64,000 bases of DNA from Phycisphaerae bacterium (GCA_963666925.2 CAXXTC010000007.1:352001-416000), one strand, 5' to 3'; shown: positions 12,206 through 21,467, counted from the first letter of the stretch. Notes: generated by a model from the sequence alone, not told the origin. Translations and numbers: made by a program.

Positions 12206-13445
12206 GGTGGTAGCCGTCGCCGTCCGTGAGTTCCTCGCCACCGTGCGAACCCGCGCATTCGTCCTCAGCGTCGTAATGATGCCCGCACTCATGGTCGCCG
12301 CAATCTTCGGCACTTCCTGGGTGCACAAGTTCAGCGAGCAGGAGCAGGTCCCACTACGCACCCTCGCCGTCTGCGACCCCACCGGCCTGGTAGCGCCGGC
12401 CTTCTCCGCCCAGATCGACCAGTTCAACCAGGAACGCCCCACCCAGAAGTTCGCCGTCCAACAGGTCGACGCCGACGCCTGCAACCCCGACATCTTGGCC
12501 CAGCGCACCACTACCGAGGAACTTTACGGCTACGTCATCTTCTCGGAAAACGTGCTGTCCTTGGACGGCGACCCGATCGTCGTCGCCCGCAGCGACAACC
12601 AGCTCGAAACCGGAAAACGCCTGGAGAGCATGATCAACCGCGCCGTATTCGCCGTCCGCTTGCAGCAGGCCGACATCGACGCCGCCCTCGTGGCGCAGTT
12701 ACGCACACCCGCCACATTCACCAAGCTCGACCTCGCCACCGGCCAGCCCGTCAGCGGCAACGAAATCGCCCGCGCCCTCACGCCTTTCGCGTTCATGTTC
12801 CTGCTCTTCATGGGCACCTTCGGCATTGCTCAGGGCCTCCTCACCACCGTCATCGAAGAGAAAAGCTCACGCGTCGTCGAGGTCCTACTCTCCGCCGTCA
12901 GTCCCACCCAGCTCATGGCCGGCAAGATCGTCGGCATGGTTTTCGTCGGCTTCGTACTCATCGCCGTCTGGGGCAGCGTCGGAGCCCTCAGCGCCCAACG
13001 CTACAACCTCACCGACATCGTCAACGGCTACCGCCTGTTCCTAGCCGTCATGTACTTCGTCCCCGGCTTCCTGCTATTGGCCGCCCTGATGGCCGGCATC
13101 GGCTCCGCCTGCAACGAGCTCAAGGAAGCCCAGAGCATGATCTTTCCCGTCACGCTCATAACCGTTGTGCCGATGATGTTCTGGTTCTACCTCTCCGAGC
13201 ACCCCGCCTCGGCCGTAAGCATCGCGCTGAGCTTTGTACCACCGATAACACCGTTCGTAATGATCCTGCGCGTCTGTGCCGACCCCGACACCCCGATCTG
13301 GCAGATCGTGAGCACCCTCGGCGTTTTATGGCTGAGTGTACTGGTAGCGATCTGGGCGGCCGGCAAAGTCTTCCGCGTCGGCGTCCTCATGTATGGCAAA
13401 CCCCCCTCGCTCCGAGAGCTAATCCGCTGGCTCCGCTACTCCTGA
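12198..13445 (+). CDS. ABC-2 type permease (NatB/YhaP-like)
   Basis: EEKSSRVVEVLLS, GKI motif, TM helices; overlaps the ATPase gene. Confidence 0.9.
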   Translation: MPKVVAVAVREFLATVRTRAFVLSVVMMPALMVAAIFGTSWVHKFSEQEQVPLRTLAVCDPTGLVAPAFSAQIDQFNQERPTQKFAVQQVDADACNPDILAQRTTTEELYGYVIFSENVLSLDGDPIVVARSDNQLETGKRLESMINRAVFAVRLQQADIDAALVAQLRTPATFTKLDLATGQPVSGNEIARALTPFAFMFLLFMGTFGIAQGLLTTVIEEKSSRVVEVLLSAVSPTQLMAGKIVGMVFVGFVLIAVWGSVGALSAQRYNLTDIVNGYRLFLAVMYFVPGFLLLAALMAGIGSACNELKEAQSMIFPVTLITVVPMMFWFYLSEHPASAVSIALSFVPPITPFVMILRVCADPDTPIWQIVSTLGVLWLSVLVAIWAAGKVFRVGVLMYGKPPSLRELIRWLRYS

Positions 13446-13518
13446 TTGTTGCGAATCGGGTGCAGTGACCGTCCCCCCTTGAAGAGGGGGGACCATAGGG
13501 GGTGCACAACGTATTCAG

Positions 13519-13713
13519 TGTGCCACCGGCCAATAGCCAATGGTCCATATTCGGTGTGGCACCGGCTAATAGCCGGTGGTCCAAAATGTGTCACCGGTTT
13601 TCAACTGGTGGACTGAGGTGCTACCTTTTCATGTGGCACCGGTTTTCAAAACCTTGTGGCACCGGCTCCCAAGTATTTGTGGCACCGGTTTTTAACCGGT
13701 GGGTCGTGCTGGC
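13519..13713. repeat. Cluster of REP-like family B units (tgtggcaccggttttcaaccggtg-like)
   Basis: About six degenerate tgtggcaccgg starts. Related copies at 20249-20286 (inverted), about 54955-55010 and 63798-63822. Confidence 0.8.
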
Positions 13714-13765
13714 CACGACTATTGAATCGTGCTCACCCACTGAAGAACAAACCATCCCCACACAC

Positions 13766-13813
13766 GTTCCCACGTTGTCACGCGGTCACGTTGTGACGTT
13801 GCCACATTGTCAC
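13766..13813. repeat. Degenerate 8-nt tandem repeat (gttgtcac) x6
   Basis: gttcccac gttgtcac gcggtcac gttgtgac gttgccac attgtcac. Confidence 0.7.
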
Positions 13814-13817
13814 GCCA

Positions 13818-13983
13818 AAGCCCGCGCAGCGGGCGACGCATCGTAGCCCCGGGTGGAGCGCAGCGCAACCCGGGGAACACCGTCCCCCCCCGAAGCCCGC
13901 GTAGCGGGTGACCGATCCTAGCCCCGGGCGCAGCCCGGGGAAACTGTCCCACCCCACCCAAAGAAGCCCGCGTAGCGGGCGAC
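13818..13983. repeat. REP-like family C tandem units
   Basis: aagcccgcg(c/t)agcggg(c/t)gac at 13818, 13893 and 13964, alternating with tagccccggg...cccgggg hairpins. Confidence 0.8.
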
Positions 13984-14043
13984 GGAACTGCTCATCTCAC
14001 CACCTACGCGTCTCTCTTGGTTGTGGCTGGTGTCACCGTGCCA

Positions 14044-14312
14044 TCTATGAGCGAGCCAAAGTCAAGCGGGTTTTCGACGGGGTCTTTCCAACCATCTATT
14101 CGGCGTCGTCGCAGGGACACGCCACTCAACGATTTCGGGGGCGGCCTCAGTCACTGCTACGATGGTAACGCGCCGGTTCCAACTGGCCCCCGCCGGTTGA
14201 CGCCTCATGGCACATCCGCGAGGTCCGCCCGATTCGACCCGCTCGAAGTTTCGTCCCGCCCATAGCGGTACACTCACCTCCTGGTGCTCTCCGGAGGGGA
14301 AAGAACGGACTC
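14044..14312 (-). ncRNA. Putative bridge RNA / seekRNA of the IS1111-type element (exact ends unknown)
   Basis: The minus strand carries GUGCCA (14213-14208) and AGCAGUG (14158-14152), matching the two target halves, and AUAGAUG (14099-14093), matching the donor junction. Hairpins lie between them. Confidence 0.72.
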
Positions 14313-15356
14313 CTATGCTACGCTCGGCGTCGGTTCCGTGACCACCTCCGCTTCACGCCACACTTCTCCGCTGCGCAGCATTGCCGCCGACACGCACGCC
14401 AGGTGCCGGGCTAACGCCACCAGCGCAATCTTGTTCCGCTCCGGATCACCACGCTGCACATGTTCGTAAACCGCCCGCAGCAGCGGACTGCGTCCCTTGC
14501 CCTGCCAAGCTGCCTCGCACAGCAATTGCCGCACGACACTGGGACCTTCCCGGGTGATATGCCCAAGCCGATTCGTCTGCCCACTCTGGTCCTGGCACGG
14601 CACCAGCCCGAAGTAGCAGCCCACCTGCCGATTGCTCCGAAAACGCCGGACATCGTCGATCCACGCCACCAGCGCCTCGGCCGTACGCTTCCCAACGCCC
14701 GGGATGGTCTGTAACAAACGCACCCTGGGATGCTCACGGGCCATGCTCTCCAACCACCGCTCCACCGTACGCAGCCGCGCGTCCAGATGCTCCAACTCGT
14801 CCAGGCCCAGATCCCGTTCGAGCGCCGTCGTACGCGTTGGAAACTCCACCTCCGCCAGCCAGACGCGGCCGGCCCGGCTCCACAAACTGGCGCGGCGTGG
14901 TGCCGCCACGCCGTGCGCCCGCAACAGGGCCCGCAGCCGGTTCTTCACCGCCGTCCGCTGGGCCACCAGCCGCCTCCGGAACTGAATCAGCCGCCGCCAA
15001 CTGCGGACGTCCACGGGCGGCACATGCACCGGCGGCACCTGGTCCAGGAATAGCAAGGTAGCCAGCTTCCGGGCGTCGACCCGATCGTGCTTACGTTTGG
15101 CCCGGAAGATCAGTCGCACTGCCCCCGGATGAGCCACGACGATCCGCTGCGCCACCTGCTGCAGTTGTTCGTAGACGTAACCGTAGCCGCACGACGCCTC
15201 GTAGCAGATCTGGAAGGGCGGCGACACACTACGCAGTTGTTTCACCAGTTCCTTGGCTCCGCCCCGAATCTGCTGTTGCTTGACGAGTTTCCCGGCTGAA
15301 TCCAAAATGCAGATGGTCGACTGACGCTGATGTAGATCTAGTCCAATCGTGTACAT
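14313..15356 (-). CDS. IS110 family transposase/recombinase
   Basis: DEDD RuvC-like residues (IGLDLH, CYEAS, KHDRVDA); TIPGVG; GLVPCQDQSG catalytic Ser; AAGGAGG RBS before ATG 15356. Confidence 0.97.
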   Translation of the reverse strand: MYTIGLDLHQRQSTICILDSAGKLVKQQQIRGGAKELVKQLRSVSPPFQICYEASCGYGYVYEQLQQVAQRIVVAHPGAVRLIFRAKRKHDRVDARKLATLLFLDQVPPVHVPPVDVRSWRRLIQFRRRLVAQRTAVKNRLRALLRAHGVAAPRRASLWSRAGRVWLAEVEFPTRTTALERDLGLDELEHLDARLRTVERWLESMAREHPRVRLLQTIPGVGKRTAEALVAWIDDVRRFRSNRQVGCYFGLVPCQDQSGQTNRLGHITREGPSVVRQLLCEAAWQGKGRSPLLRAVYEHVQRGDPERNKIALVALARHLACVSAAMLRSGEVWREAEVVTEPTPSVA

Positions 15357-15596
15357 GCGGGCCTCCTTTCTTTGAAGTTCCAACGGGGTCATACCCCGAA
15401 GGAGGCTCGCTTCATAGTTTCACTGCTGTGTCAGCAGTGCTTCCCTCAGCCCTCGCCGAGACACTGCACCGCTGACGCAGATTGGGATGAAAGCCCGTTG
15501 CTTGTCCATCGCCCGCGATGCCGACAGTGCCACCCGCTTGCTGCGCTCGGATGTGAAGGGAAAAAGGGCCACAGCACAGAGGGTAAGCCCGCGGCG

Positions 15597-16604
15597 TTAT
15601 CGTCGACGGATGATTCCCACGCCAGCCAGGGCCAACATCACAATCGTACCGGGCTCAGGAACCTCGGAGACGCGGAACCCGATGCCGTCGAACTCGGACG
15701 TCGGGTAGTAGCTGTAGCGGGACGACGCGTGCAGGTCGTAGGCGCCGTAGCCGATGAAGAACGACCCGCCCCGCAAGCCGCGATACGACCAATCACTGCC
15801 CTCGGACACGACCGATTCGTTCCACTCCCACACGTTCCCGCCCTGATCCAACGTGCCGTAGGGGCTCTCGGAATTCTCGTGAGCGCCGACTTCCGTGCGG
15901 TAGTAGGGACTGCCGATCGTGTGGCCGTTGTTGTCGTAGAACGTCGCGTTGTTGCCGGGGTCTGGGTCTACAAGATCGTTGCTGGGCACGCTGTCGCTGC
16001 TCGTCGGGTAGTCGAAATAGTTGCCCGTCATCCCGTCGTTCTTGTGGTACGCCGCCTTGTACCACTCGTCCTCGCTCGTCACCGCCCAGTTCCAGCCGGA
16101 GTTACGCTGAATCTCCCGCCCGTCCTGGCCGTTGTACCCGTCCAGTGTGTAGGCCCCGGTCTCGGTCGTGCCCGGCCCCTGATTGGCGCTCGGCTGGCCG
16201 TTGTGCAGCCAATTCGCGAACCGGCAGGAGTCCCAGTAGCTCACGTAGTTGACCGGACGGTCTGCCCAATCGCCAGCCACACTGTACATGTAGCTCCCCG
16301 ATGAGCCAGTCCGTTCGATCTTGCAGCCGTAAGTGCTCGACCACATGCTCGTGTTGTACAGCCCGTACGTATCCGTATCGGCCACGGCGTTGAGGAACTC
16401 CGTGTACTGTCCGGCCGTCACCTCGTACGTGCCGATGTTGTACGCGTAGTCCACGCCGCCGTAACCGTCGCCGTGCGTGTCGTTCGCGTTGCCCGGGTTT
16501 CCAACGGTGACGGTGTCGATCACCACGTCCGCCGACGCGCCGGCTGCCCAACTGAACACCGCTATCACCGCCAATAGATTGCCAATCCCTTTCAACATGC
16601 TCAT
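15597..16604 (-). CDS. FGE-sulfatase/SUMF1-domain PEP-CTERM protein
   Basis: Signal peptide, YEVT, EDEWYKAAY, DQGGNVWEW, RGGS, GFRV; C-terminal VPEP, TM segment, RRR. Confidence 0.92.
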   Translation of the reverse strand: MSMLKGIGNLLAVIAVFSWAAGASADVVIDTVTVGNPGNANDTHGDGYGGVDYAYNIGTYEVTAGQYTEFLNAVADTDTYGLYNTSMWSSTYGCKIERTGSSGSYMYSVAGDWADRPVNYVSYWDSCRFANWLHNGQPSANQGPGTTETGAYTLDGYNGQDGREIQRNSGWNWAVTSEDEWYKAAYHKNDGMTGNYFDYPTSSDSVPSNDLVDPDPGNNATFYDNNGHTIGSPYYRTEVGAHENSESPYGTLDQGGNVWEWNESVVSEGSDWSYRGLRGGSFFIGYGAYDLHASSRYSYYPTSEFDGIGFRVSEVPEPGTIVMLALAGVGIIRRR

Positions 16605-17177
16605 CTCCTATCTTCTATCTCTTGGCTTCAGGCGGACGCCCTCCGCGCGCCGGACAGCGTGTCCACAGAGCCCCTCCGATTAGACATTGGATCATTGGGT
16701 TATAGGCCTCCATCCAGCGCGATTTCCAGGCCCTCACCGGGAATTTACACACCAAGCTCGGACCGCTCTCGCACGCCGCCCACGCGACTGAGCCAATTGC
16801 CATCGTTCGTTCTTTCAAAGCACCTGCAACCCCTTGCCAGAAAGAGCATTACACCATGACCACTCTCATCGAACCTGCACCGCAGGCCGATTCCGCTAAC
16901 AGTGGCGAGAAACCCATCAACCTGTTCCAGTTCGGGTGTTCGTTCGTCCGACCACTGGATTTTCCCGTGATCAATACTGCGTTATTCCGTCGGCTGACGC
17001 TCCGAGTTCGCGATTCCACCTCACCAAAACCGCCAGACACCGCCAGATCCCTCGAAAAACCACCAGCCACCGCCAATTTCCGCCAGATTCCGCCAGTCAG
17101 CGAGAACACCCGTCACCGACTCGTCGGCTGAGTTATACTTCCTGTGGTAATCGCACCCCCTATGTGAGGTCGGGCCC

Positions 17178-18475
17178 ATGCTTACAACACCAAACGCCAC
17201 AGCAGAACACTCCCGAGACCGCTCCCGACGTCAGCGCGAGCGCGTCAGCACTATTACCCTTATTGCAACCCTGTTCGCGCTGGCTCTCACCCTGATGACC
17301 GCGCCGACTGCCTCCGCCGACATCTTCCATCTCAAGACCGGCGGCGCCATCGAAGGCCAGAATCTCGGCGCAAACGATAATCAATACTCCATTCGCACTA
17401 CCCTCGGCATCGTTCGCTTGCCGACCGACGCCGTCGAACGTATCGAGCCCGGCCCGACGCCATTTGAAGAATACGACCAGCGCGCCGCCCAGGTCGGCGA
17501 CAATGCTGCGGACCAGTTCGCGCTGGCCGAGTGGTGCGACGCCGCCGGCCTGCACAACGAGCGCAAGTTGCATCTCCAAAAAGCTTTAAAGCTGGATCCC
17601 GACTACGAGCCCGCCCGCCGGGCGCTCGGCTACGTGCATGTCGCCGGCCTTTGGCTCGATGGTCGGACCGTCGTCCGGGCGACCGCTCCGCAGCCCGAGG
17701 CCGCCGAATCCGACGTCGACGCCGAGCAGCTCGCCGCCGCCATCCAGGGCCAATGGCGCAGCCGAATTCGCTCCATCCGCCAGAACCTCCTCGAAAGTTC
17801 GGTGCCGCAATCAGTCGATCGCGGCATCGCGACCATTCGCGAAATCACCGATCCGCTCGCGATCCTGCCGCTGGCCGAGGTGCTCAGCCCCGGCAATCAG
17901 CTCTGTCGCGAGCTGCTGGTCGAGGTGCTAAGTCGTTTTCCGCACGACGAGGCGACCCTCAACCTCATCATTATCACCCTGATTGATCCGCTGGAGAGCA
18001 TTCGGCAGGCCGCCCTGGCTGATCTGATCCGCCGCGACGATCCCCGCATCGCCGCTCAGTATCGTGCCGCGCTCGCCGGCGGCAACGACGTTGTTTTACG
18101 CCGCGCCGCCTATTGCCTCGGCGAATTCGACACCGTCGAGGCCGTTCCCCGAACTCATCGATCGCCTCACTGTCTGGCGAAGCCAGTGGGTCGAGGTGCC
18201 CGTAAAACGCTGTTTGCGGCGATTGCCGTACCTTTTCACCGGCGTTACCGAAGTCTATCTCGGCACGCACGGCGCCGGTCAGCGGCTGCGACTGATGCAC
18301 CTCCCACAAGTCGGCGTCTGGTGCGGTTGGAATGACGTCGAGACCACTTGGCGTTACGGCCCTGTAACGGTCTATCGCCACCGAAGTGCTCGAAGCACTC
18401 AAAAAACTCACCGGCCAGAATTTCGGGTTCGACCGCTACGCCTGGTACACCTGGTACCAACAGCACGAACCCTGA
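17178..18475 (+). pseudogene. Exported HEAT-repeat protein, interrupted by two +1 frameshifts (or sequence errors)
   Basis: ADIFHLKTGGAIEG N-terminal domain and HEAT-like repeats. Removing one C at 18147-50 and one at 18378-79 gives ...EAVPELIDRL...VYRTEVLEALKKLTGQNFGFDRYAW, ending at TGA 18475. Confidence 0.7.
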
Positions 18476-18625
18476 CGCGGCTGGCCGCCGGGGGCTGGAT
18501 TACTGCTCTTCATTACAAACAACGGCCGAGTCTGTAGTATCCACCGGTCCCGCCGAAGGTACACTATCTGTAGATCTGGTCGTCCGTTGCTGCGGGGCGG
18601 CAGATCGTTCGGAAAGGTGAAACTG

Positions 18626-19087
18626 ATGTCGCTGCGCTGTCCACGCTGTCACAACTCGAACCGCGACATAGCTCATTATTGCAGCCGCTGCGGATTGCGG
18701 CTGGAGGTGGGTGCTAGCGGAGTACGTGGCGCGGGTCGGGTGACGCATCCCGATCCGCTTGCGGTGCCGGACGGATGCGTTCCCATTCTGGATGCAGCGG
18801 ACCTGTACTTTCACTGGGAAGCGGCTAGTGGGGGGACGCCGCTTCTTGGTACAGAGACCCTCTCGGTAACGGTGTTCAATGCCGGCTACTCGCTGTGCGA
18901 TCTGATCTTACGAATTCACGGCACGGATGCCGATGGCCAGGACGTATGCGCGGTGACGCGGGAACTGGCCGAGCTTCTGCGTGGTGCGTCGACCGATATC
19001 GAGATAGCATCGTATGACTTGCCGGCTCCGGTGCGCGGGTTGCACCTGGAGCTTGTTCAGGCTGAGTTTCGCGCGCCGGACGAATAG
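18626..19087 (+). CDS. Zinc-ribbon domain protein
   Basis: CPRC...YCSRCG at the N-terminus; AAGGTG upstream. Confidence 0.7.
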   Translation: MSLRCPRCHNSNRDIAHYCSRCGLRLEVGASGVRGAGRVTHPDPLAVPDGCVPILDAADLYFHWEAASGGTPLLGTETLSVTVFNAGYSLCDLILRIHGTDADGQDVCAVTRELAELLRGASTDIEIASYDLPAPVRGLHLELVQAEFRAPDE

Positions 19088-19118
19088 CCGGCGGCGCCAA
19101 TAAGAAGGGAGGTTGTTC

Positions 19119-20066
19119 ATGGGACCAGGGCTGATCGTTCTCGGCATACTGGTACTGTTCCTGCTGATCATCATAGCCACGGGCTTGTTTACTGTTCAGC
19201 AACAGACACGGGCCGTCGTGGAGCGACTCGGCCGTTTCAAGGAGGTGGCCGAGCCGGGGCTGAATTTCAAGGTGCCGATCGTTGATCGCGTAGCCGGGCG
19301 GGTAACGCATCGCGTGCGCGAACTGGAGATCAACGTCGAGTCTAAGACGAAGGATGACGTCTTCGTTGATCTGCTGATCGCGGTGCAGTTTTACGTTGAG
19401 GAGAACGAAGCGGCGGTGAAGGCGGCGTTCTATCGGCTCAGCAATCCGCACCAGCAGATCAGCTCGTACGTGTTTGACACGGTGCGCGCCCTGGTGCCGG
19501 ACATGCCGGTCGATCATGTCTTCAGCGAGAAGGACAAGATCGCGTCGGCGGTGAAGGAGCGTTTGCAGGACACGATGGACCAGTTTGGGTACACGATTCT
19601 GCAATCGCTGGTGAACGACATTCAGCCGGCGGCGAAGGTCAAGGAGGCGATGAATGAGGTCAATGCCAGTGCGCGGCTCAAGGAGGCGGCGCGTAACCAG
19701 GCAGAGGCCAAGAAGATTCGCGTTATCGCGGCGGCCGAGGCTGAGGCGCGGGCCAAGGAGTTGCAAGGTGTGGGTATCGCCCGGCAGCGACTGGCGATTG
19801 CGAACGGTCTGAAGGAGTCGGTCGAGGCGTGTTCCGAGGCGGGCATCTCCCCGGAGGAAGCCACCAAGATGGTGTTGCTGACGCAGCACTACGACACGGT
19901 GACGGCGGTCGGTGCCAACGACAAGGCCACGGTGATCATGATGCCGTACGGGCCGAGCGGGATGTCGCAGGTGGCGGAGCAGATCACCGCGGCGCTGTTG
20001 ACGTCAGACACCGCGGGAAGGGAGATGGAGGCCGAAGGGCCGACTCGTGTGGATGACAATGAATAG
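19119..20066 (+). CDS. SPFH/Band 7 domain protein
   Basis: TM anchor, VERLGRF..PGL, KTKDDVFV, coiled AEA repeats; GGAGG RBS. Confidence 0.92.
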   Translation: MGPGLIVLGILVLFLLIIIATGLFTVQQQTRAVVERLGRFKEVAEPGLNFKVPIVDRVAGRVTHRVRELEINVESKTKDDVFVDLLIAVQFYVEENEAAVKAAFYRLSNPHQQISSYVFDTVRALVPDMPVDHVFSEKDKIASAVKERLQDTMDQFGYTILQSLVNDIQPAAKVKEAMNEVNASARLKEAARNQAEAKKIRVIAAAEAEARAKELQGVGIARQRLAIANGLKESVEACSEAGISPEEATKMVLLTQHYDTVTAVGANDKATVIMMPYGPSGMSQVAEQITAALLTSDTAGREMEAEGPTRVDDNE

Positions 20067-20153
20067 GCTATAGCTACGGCAGTTTGAAAGCTGTATTTGA
20101 CGGGCGTGCTGGCAGACGAATGTTGAGCCGGCGCGCCCGTTTTGTTTGTGCTC

Positions 20154-20286
20154 GAGAATGCACTGCTCAAGAGCAGGCCACATGTGCTTTGTATATCATT
20201 CCGGATGAAAGCCGAGCCTATTCTTTAGCCGGGGCACTGGGGTTCGTTGCCAGCACGACCCACCGGTTAAAAACCGGTGCCACAAA
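20154..20286. repeat. Family A (20154-20176) and family B (20249-20286) repeats, reverse orientation
   Basis: gagaatgcactgctcaagagcag is the reverse complement of 8217-8239; 20249-20286 is the exact reverse complement of 13676-13713. Confidence 0.85.
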
Positions 20287-20321
20287 GAGGTGAGGAATCT
20301 CCCATGCGGGAGGAGTTTGGG

Positions 20322-21467
20322 TCAGCGGCCTTTGGCGAAGAAGGCCTTGATGCTGTCGTAGATGTCGTCCTTGGTGTTTACACGCGACGTGACCATGTTC
20401 TCCTCGTCGCCGAGATACTCACGCAGGACGTTGATGAAGTGGCCGCTGCCGTAGGCGCTGGCTACTTGGCAATAGCCGAACTGGTTGCTCTGCGGCAGCA
20501 GGTGTTCGCTCAGGATCTGGCAGCACTCGCGCGAATCAGATTCCGATGAGTTGTCACCGTCAGAAAAGTGGAACAGGTAGATGTTCCATTCGTCGGGGGC
20601 GTAGTGCTTTTCGAGCAGCTCGCGGCAGACCTTGAACGCGCTGCTGATCTTCGTGCCGCCGTCTTCGCGCAGGTGGAAGAACGTTTCGCGGTCGACCTCG
20701 CCGGCACGGACGTCATGGACGATATAGCGGCTGTCGATGCCTTCGTAGTTGCGGCGTAGCCAGGCGTCGATCCAGAACGCCTCCAGTCGGACCAGCTCCT
20801 TCTGCTCGTGCCCCATGGAGCCGGAAACGTCCATCATGTAGACAATGACGGCGTTGGATTGGGGTTTTTTGACGGGCTTCCAGCTTCGGTAGAGCTTGTC
20901 GGAGCGTTCGAAGAAGATGATGGGGTTCTCTTCGTCGTAGGCGCCGGTCATGATCATTCGTCGCAGTGCGCGGCGGAAGGTGCGTTTGAAATGGCGGAGC
21001 GATTCGGGGCCGGTCTGGCGGATGCTGCTGTAGCGGTCCTTGATGGCGGTGATGTTGTGCTTGCCTTTGGGCTCGATGCGGGGGAGCTGGAGCTCTTCGC
21101 CGAGGATGTCGGCGAGCTCGTCGAGCGAGATTTCGACCTCGAGGATGTGCTGTCCGGGGTCGGTACCGCCGGGCCCGACGCCGGAATCGTCGCCGTCGAC
21201 GGTTTGTCCGGGCTGGCCCTCACCTTGGCCGACGCCCTGGTCGTTGTTGTCACCGTAGCGGAAGTGCGGGAGGTTCACTCCGGGCACGGGGATGGAGACG
21301 AGGTGTTTGCCCTCTTTGCCGAGCAGCTCGCCGCGCGTCAGGAACTTGCGGAGGTCCTTGCGGATCTTGCCCTTGACGATCTGGCGGAACCGCTGATGGT
21401 CCTTCTCGATCTTGAGTGGGCCACCGACACCCACGGGCACACCTCGATTTCCGGTTCTGGGTCGCAC
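20322..21467 (-). CDS. DUF444 (YeaH/YhbH) vWA-like protein; true start probably slightly downstream
   Basis: DHQRFRQIVKG, MMDVSGSM, GGTKISSA, HFSDGDN; follows prkA. Confidence 0.9.
   Translation of the reverse strand: MRPRTGNRGVPVGVGGPLKIEKDHQRFRQIVKGKIRKDLRKFLTRGELLGKEGKHLVSIPVPGVNLPHFRYGDNNDQGVGQGEGQPGQTVDGDDSGVGPGGTDPGQHILEVEISLDELADILGEELQLPRIEPKGKHNITAIKDRYSSIRQTGPESLRHFKRTFRRALRRMIMTGAYDEENPIIFFERSDKLYRSWKPVKKPQSNAVIVYMMDVSGSMGHEQKELVRLEAFWIDAWLRRNYEGIDSRYIVHDVRAGEVDRETFFHLREDGGTKISSAFKVCRELLEKHYAPDEWNIYLFHFSDGDNSSESDSRECCQILSEHLLPQSNQFGYCQVASAYGSGHFINVLREYLGDEENMVTSRVNTKDDIYDSIKAFFAKGR

Larger units (their letters stand above)
14044..15422 (-). mobile_element. Complete IS110-family element, IS1111 group
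   Basis: Sub-terminal inverted repeats ctatgagcgagcc (14045-14057) and ggctcgcttcatag (15404-15417); CA core at 14042-43 and 15421-22; long non-coding region downstream of the transposase; removal restores a family A repeat. Confidence 0.9.

Noticed and set aside
13519..13983. Possible CRISPR array
   Set aside because: Units are degenerate, spacing is irregular, the motifs recur as dispersed repeats, and no cas genes are present.
14246..14252. GAAACU in the IS non-coding RNA as a second donor guide
   Set aside because: It matches the same strand as the other donor match and lies outside the expected loop, so a chance 6-mer is likely.
16825..16839. Sigma54-like site upstream of the PEP-CTERM gene (TGGCAAGGGGTTGCA)
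   Set aside because: GG-to-GC spacing is one base shorter than the strict -24/-12 requirement.
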